A stretch of DNA of 64,000 nt. It comes from Rhodospirillales bacterium (lineage in GTDB: Bacteria > Pseudomonadota > Alphaproteobacteria > ATCC43930 > CGMCC-115725). The stretch's first letter is position 1; each line of letters begins with the position of its first letter. The translations under genes and the position numbers were made by a program. A model generated the notes under the pieces. It saw nothing but the letters and a program-made list of their open reading frames with translations, searched no databases and was not told the DNA's origin. Shown one piece after another: positions 54,316 through 63,808 of this stretch. The stretch is taken from assembly GCA_027315365.1 (NCBI GenBank), contig DAHUYF010000153.1, forward strand, positions 516 through 64,515, given 5' to 3'.

Positions 54316-54427
54316 AACGCCGTCCTCGGGATTTGACGATGAGGTGCCGCGCGGCGCAGTCTGGCACCGCAACCGTCTGGCGCGCCGTTCCGGAGACGCG
54401 GCCATCAGGCTCGGCGTTCCGGCGCGC

Positions 54428-54871
54428 TCAGGCGTTGTAGGCGCCGATTTGGACGATCTTCAGCCCGGGCAACGCGGGCAGGCGCCGGTCATTGGTGAGG
54501 AAGGCCGAACATCCGGCCGCGAGCGCGGCGGCGAGCTGCAGCGCATCGGGTGTCGCGACGCCGGTCGCCGCCCGCGGGTGCGCCGCCAGACGCATATGAT
54601 CGCGGGTGAGGTCGACCATGCGCGAGCCGCGACCGCGCGTCAGCACGGCCTCGTAGCGATCGGCCAGCATGACGTTGCCGGCATGGTAGGAAACGACAAG
54701 CACTTCGAGCAGCGTGAGCGCCGAGGCCACGAGTTCGACGGCGCCGGCGTCTGCCGCGCCGAACAGCGGCGCGATTGCCGCCAGGAAGCGTTCGTCTTCT
54801 TCGATGAAATAAATGAAAATCGCGGTGTCCACGCCGACCGGCCCGGCGCCGAGATCGTCGATCAGCGCCAC
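54428..54871 (-). CDS. PIN-domain protein (VapC-like ribonuclease), no adjacent antitoxin gene
   Basis: 147 aa. The four PIN acidic positions are recognisable (VDTAIFIY, LLEVL, TPDALQLA, LTND). GTG start at 54871 preceded by AGGAAGG. Confidence 0.75.
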   Translation of the reverse strand: MALIDDLGAGPVGVDTAIFIYFIEEDERFLAAIAPLFGAADAGAVELVASALTLLEVLVVSYHAGNVMLADRYEAVLTRGRGSRMVDLTRDHMRLAAHPRAATGVATPDALQLAAALAAGCSAFLTNDRRLPALPGLKIVQIGAYNA

Positions 54872-54952
54872 GCCTTCCTCTCGCGCGCGACAACGGAGCC
54901 GGCCATAGCACGGCGCGGAGAGCAGACGCGCACCACGCTCCCGCACTCCGCC

Positions 54953-55585
54953 TCAGCGCCGCAGCACGAACTCCTGCCAGGGCCGCCGCTGCTCCCAGCC
55001 TTCGCGCTGCAGCTCCGGCATCGCCGCCTCGCTCTGCGGATGGCCGAGGCAGAAATATCCCAGGAAAATCCACCCGGCCGGCACGTCGAGGATGCGCGTC
55101 ACCGCGGCGGGATCGAGGATCGAGACCCAGCCGAGGCCGAGACCCTCGGCACGCGCCGCGAGCCATATCGTGTGGATCGCCATCACCGCCGAGTACTCCG
55201 CCATCTCCGGCATGGTGCGGCGGCCGAGGCCGTGGCCCTGCGGCGTCGCCCGGTCGGCGAAGACCGCAAGATGCACCGGCGCCTCGTCGAGCCCGGCGAG
55301 CTTGAGGCGGGCATAACGCTGGGCGCGCTCGCCCGCATAGGCATCGAGCGCCTCAGCATTGCAGCGCGCGAAATCGGCCCGCACCGCGGCGCGGCGCGCC
55401 TCGTCCTCCACCAGCACGAAGCGCCAGGGCTGGCTGAGCCCGACCGAGGGCGCCAGCGCGGCGAGTTCCAGCAGGCGCTCGACCGTGCCCGGCGGCGGCG
55501 CCTCGCGGCGGAAGCGCCGGACGTCGCGCCGCCAGACGATGAGATCGCGCAGCCGGGCGCGGAAATCCTCGTCGAACCCGGTCAT
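54953..55585 (-). CDS. bluB: 5,6-dimethylbenzimidazole synthase (BluB), nitroreductase fold
   Basis: 210 aa. WRRDVRRF, LSQPWRFVLV, LKLAGLDEAP, GLGWVSI and PELQREGWEQRRP match BluB as I recall it from Sinorhizobium and Bradyrhizobium. ATG 55585 overlaps the stop of the upstream gene (ATGA). Confidence 0.7.
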   Translation of the reverse strand: MTGFDEDFRARLRDLIVWRRDVRRFRREAPPPGTVERLLELAALAPSVGLSQPWRFVLVEDEARRAAVRADFARCNAEALDAYAGERAQRYARLKLAGLDEAPVHLAVFADRATPQGHGLGRRTMPEMAEYSAVMAIHTIWLAARAEGLGLGWVSILDPAAVTRILDVPAGWIFLGYFCLGHPQSEAAMPELQREGWEQRRPWQEFVLRR

Positions 55586-56757
55586 CTTTTGCCGCGGGCG
55601 TCGACCGGCCAGATGTCGACCAGCGTGTCGCCGCGCATGAGATGATAGCGATCGTGCAGATTGACCGTGGGATCGCAATGCGGCGTCATGCATTCGACCT
55701 GCGTGCCGAGCGGCGGCTTTGACGCGCCCGGCGGCAGCACCAGCCTGCCATGCTCGTCGCCGAAGAATTCGTAGCGGCTGCCGGGCGGGGCGCCCGCCGC
55801 CACCTCCGGCAGCGGGCCGTCGGTGGCGAAGCTCTTGAGGCCGGCGTCGCAGGTGACGTAGCCGGGCTGGTTGACGCTCACCACCGATGTCGCGACGAAA
55901 AGCGCGGTCTCGAAAGGCGGTACGTTGCGGCCGTCGCGGAGCGCGCGCAGATAGTCGACATCCATGAAGACATAGGAGCCCGCCTGCAGTTCGGTGAAGA
56001 CCCGCGCCTCGGGATCGAGATCGAAGGTGCCGGTGCCGGCGCCGCTGACGATCGGGACCTCGACGCCGCGATCGCGCAGGCGCCGCACCATGGCCCCCAG
56101 CCGATCGAGCTCGGCGAGCGCGCGGGCGCGCCGCTCCGCGCGGACCGGGACGTGCTGCAGATTGCCGGAATAGGACTGGATGCCGCGGAAGACCAGCGCC
56201 TCGGCCGCGACCGCCGCGCGCGCCAGCGCCATGAGAGCGGCCTCGTCGGCGCAGCCGGTGCGGCCATGGCCGGCCGAAAAATCGACCAGCACCGCAAGTG
56301 GCTTGCCCGCCGCCGCCGCGGCACGATCCAGCGCCGCGAGGTTGTCGGGATGATCGACCACGACGCTAAGACCCGACGCCGTCGCGTTGAGCGCCGTGAG
56401 CCGCGCGATCTTCGATGGCGTCACCTGCGGCGAGGTGATGTGCAGCCCGGCGATGCCCGCTTGCGCCAGCACCTCCGCTTCGCCCAACGTGACGCAGCAC
56501 GCGCCGAGCGCGCCCGCCGCCACCTGCAGCGCGGCGATGCGCGCCGATTTGTGCGTCTTGGCATGCGGACGCAACCCCACCCCGGCGGCGCGGGCAAAGG
56601 CCGCCATGGCGGCGATGTTGCGCTCCAGCGCATCGACATCCACCAGCAGCGCCGGCGTGTCGAGCGCATGGCGGCTGCCGGGCTGGCCGATAAGCGCCGC
56701 GTTGGGGCCGAGACTGGTCATGGGCCGCATCATCACCGCCGGGGCGGGCGAGATCAA
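55582..56757 (-). CDS. DSD1-family PLP enzyme (D-serine dehydratase / D-threonine aldolase-like, alanine-racemase N-terminal fold)
   Basis: PLP-lysine context [10 protein letters not shown]; [17 protein letters not shown] at the N-terminus. ATG 56757 overlaps the stop of the ATPase gene (ATGA). Confidence 0.8.
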   Translation of the reverse strand: MISPAPAVMMRPMTSLGPNAALIGQPGSRHALDTPALLVDVDALERNIAAMAAFARAAGVGLRPHAKTHKSARIAALQVAAGALGACCVTLGEAEVLAQAGIAGLHITSPQVTPSKIARLTALNATASGLSVVVDHPDNLAALDRAAAAAGKPLAVLVDFSAGHGRTGCADEAALMALARAAVAAEALVFRGIQSYSGNLQHVPVRAERRARALAELDRLGAMVRRLRDRGVEVPIVSGAGTGTFDLDPEARVFTELQAGSYVFMDVDYLRALRDGRNVPPFETALFVATSVVSVNQPGYVTCDAGLKSFATDGPLPEVAAGAPPGSRYEFFGDEHGRLVLPPGASKPPLGTQVECMTPHCDPTVNLHDRYHLMRGDTLVDIWPVDARGKR

Positions 56758-57755
56758 CCGGCCGGCGTCGCACCCTCCGGCGAGCGAAGATGGCAGGCGA
56801 CGCGATGGCCCGGCGCCACTTCGCGCAGTTCCGGCGCCTCGATCCGGCAGCGCGCCTCGGCATAGGGGCAGCGGGTGTGGAAGCGGCAGCCGGCCGGCGG
56901 GTTGATCGGGCTCGGCACCTCGCCGGCGAGGATGATGCGCCGACGCGGGGCGTCGGGGTCGGGCAGCGGCACGGCCGAGAGCAGCGCCTCGGTATAGGGG
57001 TGGAGCGGCGCCGCGAACAGCGCGTCCTTCGGCGCCAGTTCGACGATCTTGCCGAGATACATCACCGCGACGCGGTGGCTGATATGCTCGACCACGGCGA
57101 GGTCATGGGCGACGAAGAGATAGGAGAGCCGCAGCTCCTGCTGCAGGTCGCGCAGCAGGTTCACCACCTGCGCCTGCACCGAGACGTCGAGCGCCGAGAC
57201 CGGCTCGTCGCAGACGATCAGGCTCGGACTGAGCGCCAGCGCGCGGGCGATGCCGATGCGCTGGCGCTGACCGCCGGAGAATTCATGCGGATATCGCTGC
57301 ATCGCGTCGGGGCGCAATCCCACCTTGGCGAAGAGTTCGGCGACCCGATCCTTGCGCGCCTGGCCGCGGATGGCGCCGAAATTGGCCAGCGGCTCCGCCA
57401 CGATCGCGCCCGCCGAAAGCCGCGGGTTGAGCGAGGCGTAGGGGTCCTGGAACACCACCTGCAGCTCGCGCCGATAGGGCCGCATGGCGCGCGGCGAGAG
57501 ATGGTCGATGCGCTCACCGCGCAGCTTGATCGTGCCGGCAGTGGGCTCGATCAGCTTGAGGATCGCCTTGCCGGCAGTCGATTTGCCGCAGCCGCTCTCG
57601 CCGACCAGGCCCAGCGTCTCGCCCTCGGCGATGGTGAAGCCGATGCCGTCGACGGCATGGACCTGCCCCACCACCCGCGAGAGCACGCCCTTGCGCACCG
57701 GAAAATGCTTGGTGAGGCCGTCGACCTCGAGCAGCGGGGGAAGTGGCGCGCTCAT
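56754..57755 (-). CDS. Peptide ABC transporter ATP-binding protein (DppF/OppF type)
   Basis: Walker [10 protein letters not shown], signature [15 protein letters not shown], Walker B LIVCDEP, and a C-terminal Cys-rich oligopeptide-transporter extension. Start at ATG 57755 (ATGA overlap). Confidence 0.9.
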   Translation of the reverse strand: MSAPLPPLLEVDGLTKHFPVRKGVLSRVVGQVHAVDGIGFTIAEGETLGLVGESGCGKSTAGKAILKLIEPTAGTIKLRGERIDHLSPRAMRPYRRELQVVFQDPYASLNPRLSAGAIVAEPLANFGAIRGQARKDRVAELFAKVGLRPDAMQRYPHEFSGGQRQRIGIARALALSPSLIVCDEPVSALDVSVQAQVVNLLRDLQQELRLSYLFVAHDLAVVEHISHRVAVMYLGKIVELAPKDALFAAPLHPYTEALLSAVPLPDPDAPRRRIILAGEVPSPINPPAGCRFHTRCPYAEARCRIEAPELREVAPGHRVACHLRSPEGATPAG

Positions 57756-58753
57756 GCCGGCAGCCTGTCGCTTTCGAAGCAGGCGGCGAAATGCCCCGGC
57801 GCTTTCGTCTCGAGCGCCGGCACCTCGATGCGGCAGCGCCCGGTGGCGTAGGCACAGCGCGGTGCAAAGGCGCAACCGGCGATCGGCTCGCGCAGCGACG
57901 GCACTACGCCGGGGATCTCGGCGAGCCGCGGCGGCGCGTTGCGGCCGAGCGTCGCGCCCAGCCGCGGCATCGACGCGAGCAGGCCCTGGGTATAGGGGTG
58001 GCGCGGATGGCGAAAGAGGTCGCGCACCGCCGCCTCCTCCACCTTCCGCCCGGCATACATGACGATGACGCGCTGCGCCATCTCGGCGACCACGCCCAGA
58101 TCATGGGTGATGAGCAGGATGGCGGCGCCGATCTCGGATTTAAGATCGCGCATGAGGTCGAGGATCTGCGCCTGGATGGTGACGTCGAGCGCGGTGGTGG
58201 GCTCGTCGGCGATCAGCAGCTTGGGATGGCAGGCGAGCGCGATCGCGATCATCACCCGCTGGCGCATACCGCCCGACAGCTCGTGCGGGTACTGCCGCGC
58301 GCGGCGCTCCGGCTCGGAAAGCCGCACCAGCCGCAGCATCTCGACGGCGCGCGCCTCGGCGGCGCGGGCGCCGAGATGCTGATGCAGCATCAGCGTCTCG
58401 CCGATCTGGCGCGCCACCGTCAGCACCGGGTTGAGCGAGGTCATCGGCTCCTGGAAGATCATCGAGATCTCGTTGCCGCGGATGGCGCGCATCTCCGCCT
58501 CGCCGAGTGTCAGGAGATCGCGGCCGGCGAAGCGGATGCGGCCGGCGAGGCGCGCGGACGGCGACGGCACCAGGCGCAGGATCGAGAGCGCCGTGACGCT
58601 CTTGCCGCAGCCGCTCTCGCCGACCACAGCCAGGGTCTCGCCGGCGGAAACGGCGAAGGAGACGCCGTCCACGGCGCGCACGACGCCGTCGCGGGTGAGG
58701 AAATGGGTGCGGAGATCCTCGACGGCGAGCAGCGGCTCGCTCTGGGCGCTCAT
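57752..58753 (-). CDS. Peptide ABC transporter ATP-binding protein (DppD/OppD type)
   Basis: Walker A GESGCGKS, signature [15 protein letters not shown], Walker B LLIADEP. Start at ATG 58753 (ATGA overlap with the permease stop). Confidence 0.9.
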   Translation of the reverse strand: MSAQSEPLLAVEDLRTHFLTRDGVVRAVDGVSFAVSAGETLAVVGESGCGKSVTALSILRLVPSPSARLAGRIRFAGRDLLTLGEAEMRAIRGNEISMIFQEPMTSLNPVLTVARQIGETLMLHQHLGARAAEARAVEMLRLVRLSEPERRARQYPHELSGGMRQRVMIAIALACHPKLLIADEPTTALDVTIQAQILDLMRDLKSEIGAAILLITHDLGVVAEMAQRVIVMYAGRKVEEAAVRDLFRHPRHPYTQGLLASMPRLGATLGRNAPPRLAEIPGVVPSLREPIAGCAFAPRCAYATGRCRIEVPALETKAPGHFAACFESDRLPA

Positions 58754-59619
58754 AGGCGCCGTGCAAGCCGCGGGTCGAGTGCGTCGCGCAGCCCGTCGCC
58801 GACCAAGTTCACCGCGAGCACCGTCAGCGACAGGAACACGCCGGGAAAGATGATGAGATAGGGGCGAAGCTGAAAATAGCTGCGGCCGTCGGCCATGATG
58901 TTGCCCCAGCTCGGAATCTGCGGCGGCGTGCCGGCTCCGATGAAGCTCAGCACCGCCTCGGTGATCATCGCCGAGGCGCAGATATAGGTCGCCTGCACCA
59001 GCACCGGCGCCAGCGTGTTGGGCAGGATGTGGCGCTGCAGCGTGCGCAGGAAGCCGGTACCCGCCGCCACCGCCGCCTCGACGAAGGGCTGCTCGCGCAA
59101 GCCCAGCACGACGCCGCGCACCAGCCGCGCGACGCGCGGCACCTCGGAGATGGTGATGGCGATGATGACGTTGCCGATGCTGGCGCGGGTGAGCGCCATC
59201 AGCGCGATCGCCAGCAGCACCGGCGGCACCGACATCAACCCGTCCATGACGCGCATGATCACCGCATCGGCAAAGCGATTGAAGCCGGTGACGAGGCCGA
59301 TGGCCAAGCCCAAGGCGGTGCTGAGCAGCGCGACGCCCAACCCCACCTGCAGCGAGACGCGGGCGCCGTAGAGCGTGCGGCTGTAGACGTCGCGGCCGTA
59401 GGCGTCGGTGCCGAACCAGTAGGCGGCTGCCGGAAAGCGCAGCCGGCGGATCGGCGACACCGCCAGCGGGTCGCTGGTGCCGAGCCAGGGCGCGAGTGCG
59501 GCCATGGCGAGCATGGCGACAAGGATCAGCAGCCCGACCGCGACGGTCGGGTGGCGGCGCACCGCCGGCGCGAGCCAATGCCGGCGCCGCAGCGGCGCCA
59601 CGAGTTCGGCCGCGGCCAT
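58750..59619 (-). CDS. Peptide ABC transporter permease (DppC/OppC type)
   Basis: 289-aa six-TM permease with N-terminal [13 protein letters not shown] and the EAA-loop region. Confidence 0.9.
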   Translation of the reverse strand: MAAAELVAPLRRRHWLAPAVRRHPTVAVGLLILVAMLAMAALAPWLGTSDPLAVSPIRRLRFPAAAYWFGTDAYGRDVYSRTLYGARVSLQVGLGVALLSTALGLAIGLVTGFNRFADAVIMRVMDGLMSVPPVLLAIALMALTRASIGNVIIAITISEVPRVARLVRGVVLGLREQPFVEAAVAAGTGFLRTLQRHILPNTLAPVLVQATYICASAMITEAVLSFIGAGTPPQIPSWGNIMADGRSYFQLRPYLIIFPGVFLSLTVLAVNLVGDGLRDALDPRLARRL

Positions 59620-59620
59620 C

Positions 59621-60562
59621 TCAATACCTCACGCGCGGATCGAGCAGCGTGTAGCTGATATCGACCGCGAGATTGACCAGCACATAGGCGGCGGAGAACA
59701 GCAGGATCACACCCTGGATGACCGGATAGTCGCGCCGCAGGATGGCGTCGACGGTGAGCCGGCCGATGCCGGGAATGGCGAAGACGGTCTCGGTGACGAT
59801 GACGCCGCTGATCAGCAACGCCACGCCGATGCCGATCACCGTGGCGATCGGCACCGCCGCGTTCTTGAGCGCGTGGCGGAGCAGCACCTGGCCGTCGGCC
59901 AGGCCCTTGGCCGCGGCGGTGCGGATATAGTCCTGGCTCAGCACCTCCAGCATGCTGGCGCGGGTGACGCGGGCGATAAGCGCGCCATAGATCAATCCCA
60001 GCGCGGCGCTGGGCAGGATGAGATGCGAGATGAAGGGCACGAAGCCGTCGCGGATGCTGACATAGCCCTGCACCGGCAGCAGCGGCAGCTCGATCGAGAA
60101 GGCCAGCACCAGCAGATAGGCGAGCACGAAGGCGGGCAGCGAGAAGCCCAGCACGGCGACGAGCATCACCAGCCGGTCGATCCAGGTCCCGACCTTCCAG
60201 GCGGCCAGCACGCCGAGCGGAACCGCGAAGACCACGGTGACGACCAGCGTCGTCAGCGTAAGCGCCACGGTCGGCTCGAGCCGCTGGCCGATGAGCTGGG
60301 TCACCGGCAGGTTGGTGAAGATGGAGATGCCGAGATCGCCGTGCAGCACGCCCCAGAGCCAATGCCCGAAGCGCAGCAGGAAGGGCTCGTCGAGACCGAG
60401 CTTTGCATGGATGCGGGCGATGTCCTCGGAGGTCGCGAGGTCGCCGGCGATCATCGCGGCCGGGTCGCCGGGCGCGATGTAGAGCAGCGAAAAGACGAAG
60501 AGCGCCACCACCCCCATCACCGGCACGGTCGCGATCAGGCGGCGGATGATGTAAGCGAGCAT
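59621..60562 (-). CDS. Peptide ABC transporter permease (DppB/OppB type)
   Basis: 313 aa. The N-terminus MLAYIIRRLIATVPVMGVVALFVF is typical of DppB/OppB; also YIRTAAAKGL. Confidence 0.9.
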   Translation of the reverse strand: MLAYIIRRLIATVPVMGVVALFVFSLLYIAPGDPAAMIAGDLATSEDIARIHAKLGLDEPFLLRFGHWLWGVLHGDLGISIFTNLPVTQLIGQRLEPTVALTLTTLVVTVVFAVPLGVLAAWKVGTWIDRLVMLVAVLGFSLPAFVLAYLLVLAFSIELPLLPVQGYVSIRDGFVPFISHLILPSAALGLIYGALIARVTRASMLEVLSQDYIRTAAAKGLADGQVLLRHALKNAAVPIATVIGIGVALLISGVIVTETVFAIPGIGRLTVDAILRRDYPVIQGVILLFSAAYVLVNLAVDISYTLLDPRVRY

Positions 60563-60581
60563 GAACCGCTGCGATGAGCCT

Positions 60582-62180
60582 CTACTGCTTCTCGACGTTC
60601 CACAGGAAGACCACGGGGGCGACGATCACGCCGTGGAGGCTCTTGCGAAACGCGGTCGGAATGATGAACTGGCCGGTGGGCACATAGGGTACGCTGGTGA
60701 AGGCCTCTTCCTGCACCTCGGCGGCGACGCGCTGCTGCGCCGCGAGATCGGGCGCCGCCAGCCACTCGGCACGCAGCGCCTCGAGCTTGTCGTCGCTCGG
60801 CCAGCCGAACCAGGCCTTGTCGCCGTTGGCGCGGATCGGGAAGTTGAGCGCCGGGTTGATCATGTCGGGCCCGACGAACCAGGTGAAGAAGATGCTCCAG
60901 CCGTTCTTCTCCACCGGCTCCTTGCTGGTGCGGCGCGTGATCAGCGTACCCCAATCCATCGCCTGGAGATCGACGTTGAGCCCGATCTCGCGCAACCGCT
61001 CGGCGACGATCTGCGCCTGGCGGTCGACGATCGGCTGGTCGGTCGCGGTCATGATGACGATGCGCTCGCCCTTGTAGCCGCTCTCCTTGATCAGCGCCTT
61101 GGCCTTGGCGGGATCGCGCGGCCCCGAAAGCGGCGCGGCGCCGGCCTCGCTCGCCATCGGCGTGTTGCAGGTGTAGTAGGAATAGCAGGTCCGCCAGTTG
61201 CGCTGATCGTCGCCCGCCAGCGCGGTCATGATCTCTTTCTGGTCGATGACGTAGAGCACCGCCTGGCGCAGCTTCTCGTTGTTGAACGGCGGCTGCAGCT
61301 GGTTGAAGCGCATCACCCCGATGCTGCCCAGCGGATCGGTATTGGCGATGGTGATGTCGGGGTTCGACTGCAGCTGCGGCACCAGATCGGGTGGCAGCTG
61401 CTGCCACCAATCGACCTCGCCGGCGGCGAGCGCGTTCGCGGCGGTGGCGGGATCGGGGATGTAGACCCATTCGACGCGATCGACCTTGGCGACCTTGCCG
61501 CCGGCGGCCCAGCTCGGCTTCTCGCTGCGCGGCACGTAATCCGGGTTGCGGACATAGACCGCCTTGTTGCCGGGAACCCACTCCGACTTGACGAATTTGA
61601 ACGGGCCCGAACCGGTGGGATCGGTGATCTGGGTGTTGGCGTCGGTCTTGGCGATGCGCTCCGGCATGATGAAGGGGACGTTGCTGGAGAGCTTGCCGAT
61701 CGCCTCCAGCAGCAGCGGGAACGGCTTCTTGAGGATGATCGAGAAGCGGCGATCATCCGCCGCCTTCATCTCGGCGACCGAGAGCGCCATCACCTGGCCG
61801 AGGCCGTCGCGCTTCATCCAGCGCTCCAGCGAGGCGATGCAGTCGGCCGAGCGTACCGGCGTGCCGTCATGGAATTTAAGCTTGTCGCGCAGCGTGAAGG
61901 CGTAGGTGAGCTTGTCGGCGCTCACCGTCCAGGTGTCGACCATCTGCGGCTGCGGCTTGAAATGCTCGTCCAGCGCAAAGAGCGTGTCGTAGACCATGTA
62001 GCCGTGATTGCGCGTGATATAGGCCGTCGTCCAGATCGGATCGAGGCTGCGCAGATCGGCCTCGGGGATGAAGCGGATGGTCTTGCCCGAAGTTTGGGCA
62101 TGAGCCGCAGGCGCGAGCAGCCCCGCCGCCAGCATTGCCGCCGCCGCCCAACGTCCCAATCCCCGCAAGCTCCACCCCAT
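60582..62180 (-). CDS. Peptide/nickel-family (family 5) ABC substrate-binding protein
   Basis: Signal peptide (GRWAAAAMLAAGLLAPAAHA), then the family-5 SBP sequence (IRFIPEADLRSLDPIWTT...). GGGAGG Shine-Dalgarno before ATG 62180. Confidence 0.85.
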   Translation of the reverse strand: MGWSLRGLGRWAAAAMLAAGLLAPAAHAQTSGKTIRFIPEADLRSLDPIWTTAYITRNHGYMVYDTLFALDEHFKPQPQMVDTWTVSADKLTYAFTLRDKLKFHDGTPVRSADCIASLERWMKRDGLGQVMALSVAEMKAADDRRFSIILKKPFPLLLEAIGKLSSNVPFIMPERIAKTDANTQITDPTGSGPFKFVKSEWVPGNKAVYVRNPDYVPRSEKPSWAAGGKVAKVDRVEWVYIPDPATAANALAAGEVDWWQQLPPDLVPQLQSNPDITIANTDPLGSIGVMRFNQLQPPFNNEKLRQAVLYVIDQKEIMTALAGDDQRNWRTCYSYYTCNTPMASEAGAAPLSGPRDPAKAKALIKESGYKGERIVIMTATDQPIVDRQAQIVAERLREIGLNVDLQAMDWGTLITRRTSKEPVEKNGWSIFFTWFVGPDMINPALNFPIRANGDKAWFGWPSDDKLEALRAEWLAAPDLAAQQRVAAEVQEEAFTSVPYVPTGQFIIPTAFRKSLHGVIVAPVVFLWNVEKQ

Positions 62181-62206
62181 CGCCGGCCTCCCGTGTTGCC
62201 GCGCTT

Positions 62207-62220
62207 GAACATGCAAGTTC
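62207..62220. promoter_or_regulatory. 14-bp near-palindrome GAACATGCAAGTTC (candidate regulator site)
   Basis: 6 of 7 dyad pairs match. Lies 27 nt upstream of the SBP start, in the divergent SBP/amidase gap. A MarR gene lies downstream of the amidase. Confidence 0.3.
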
Positions 62221-62255
62221 GGTGCCGCCAACCTTACGCCAGGAGCGGGAGCGCA

Positions 62256-62281
62256 ACAAGCGAGCGACACACAAGCGAGCG
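62256..62281. repeat. Direct repeat ACAAGCGAGCG x2 (15-bp period) in a divergent promoter region
   Basis: Copies at 62256-62266 and 62271-62281, separated by ACAC. Cross-checked against the track ORF translation (..ATSERHTSERG..). Confidence 0.4.
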
Positions 62282-62342
62282 CGGCCTTGTCGCCCGGCCG
62301 CGCTTTGCCGATAGTGGGGCACCGGCCCCGGCGGAGCATGAC

Positions 62343-63752
62343 GTGAGCGCCTCATCCGATCGTGACATCGCTTTCCTGTCGGCGGGCGCGCTCGTCGAGC
62401 GGTACCGCCGCAAGACGCTGTCGCCGGTCGAGGTGACCGAGGCCCTGCTGCGCCGCATCGACCGGGTCGAGCCCGAGATCAACGCCTTCGTGCTGGTGGC
62501 GCGGGAGAGCGCGCTCCAAGAGGCGCGCGCCGCCGAAGCGCGCTGGGCCAAGGGCGCGCCGCAGGGCCTGCTCGACGGCGTGCCGGTGACGATCAAGGAC
62601 CTCTTCCTCGCCAAGGGCTGGCCGACGCTGCGCGGCTCGACGCTGGTGAAGCGCGATCAGCCCTGGACCGAGGACGCGCCGCCGGTGGCGCGGCTGCGCG
62701 AGCATGGCGCGGTGCTGCTGGGCAAGACCACCATGCCCGAATTCGGCTGGAAGGCGCTGGGCGATAGCCCGCTCACCGGCATCACGCGCAACCCGTGGAG
62801 CCTCGCGCACACGCCGGGCGGCTCGAGCGCGGGCGCCGCCGCGGCGCTCGCCGCCGGCGTCGCGCCGCTGGCGCTGGGCACCGATGGCGGCGGCTCGATC
62901 CGCATTCCCTGCGCGTTTTGCGGGCTGCCGGGCCTGAAGCCGAGCTTCGGCCGCGTGCCGCACTATCCGCCGAGCGTCTTCGGCCTCGTCGCCCATAGCG
63001 GACCGATGGCGCGAGAGGTTGCCGATCTGGCGCTGCTGCTCAACGTCATCACCGGCGCCGACGATCGCGACCCCTATGCGCTGCCGCCGGAACGGCGCGA
63101 CTGGAGGCTGGGGCTCGAGGAGGGCGTCAAGGGATTGCGCGTCGCCTTCAGCCCGACGCTGGGCTATGCGCGGGTCGATGGCGAGGTCGCCGCTGCGGCG
63201 GCGGCGGCGGCGCAGCGCTTCGCCGAGCTCGGCGCCGAGGTCGAGATCATCGACAAAGTGTTCGAGGATCCCGCCCAGGCCTGGCTCACGCTGTGGCGGG
63301 CGGGCGCCGCCAAGGCGATGAGCGCCTTCAGCGCCGAGGAGCGGCGCCGCATCGATCCCGGCTTGGAAGCCGCAGCGCAGCAGGGCGCGCGCCTCGGCGC
63401 CCTCGACCATGTCGGCGCCGACATCGCGAGGAATGCGCTGTCGCTCGCCATGGCTACCTTCCATCGCCGCTACGATCTGCTGCTGACGCCGACCGTCGCG
63501 GTGCCGGCGCTCAAGGTGGGCGAACTGCTGGCGGATCCCGCGACGCAGCAGGAATGGATCGACTGGGCACCCTTCAGCTATCCCTTCAACCTGACGCGCC
63601 AGCCGGCAGCGACCGTGCCGTGCGGCCTCACCCGGGCCGGCCTGCCGATCGGCCTACAGATCGTCGGCCGGATGTATGATGACGCGCTGGTGCTGCGCGC
63701 CGCCCGCGCCTTTGAGCGCGCGGCACCCTTCCCGCGCCCGCCCCTGACCTGA
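62343..63752 (+). CDS. Amidase-signature family amidase
   Basis: VTIKDLFLAKG and GGSSAGAAAALAAG amidase-signature motifs. GTG start at 62343 with GGAG 6 nt upstream. The 1063-aa track ORF is mostly antisense shadow of the SBP gene. Confidence 0.9.
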   Translation: MSASSDRDIAFLSAGALVERYRRKTLSPVEVTEALLRRIDRVEPEINAFVLVARESALQEARAAEARWAKGAPQGLLDGVPVTIKDLFLAKGWPTLRGSTLVKRDQPWTEDAPPVARLREHGAVLLGKTTMPEFGWKALGDSPLTGITRNPWSLAHTPGGSSAGAAAALAAGVAPLALGTDGGGSIRIPCAFCGLPGLKPSFGRVPHYPPSVFGLVAHSGPMAREVADLALLLNVITGADDRDPYALPPERRDWRLGLEEGVKGLRVAFSPTLGYARVDGEVAAAAAAAAQRFAELGAEVEIIDKVFEDPAQAWLTLWRAGAAKAMSAFSAEERRRIDPGLEAAAQQGARLGALDHVGADIARNALSLAMATFHRRYDLLLTPTVAVPALKVGELLADPATQQEWIDWAPFSYPFNLTRQPAATVPCGLTRAGLPIGLQIVGRMYDDALVLRAARAFERAAPFPRPPLT

Positions 63753-63808
63753 GCCGCGCCCGCTCCCCCGCCGCACGAAAAGTGCTAGAACGCCGGTGGA
63801 GGAGAAGG

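Noticed and set aside
54386-54422. Direct repeat CGTTCCGG x2 (54386-54393 and 54415-54422). On the minus strand it contains two GGAAC motifs.
   Set aside because: Neither GGAAC is followed by CGTT at N16/17; they are followed by CGTC and CGGT. The site is also downstream of the PIN gene and points into the antisense of the aminoacylase gene. It is probably a chance repeat in a convergent gap.
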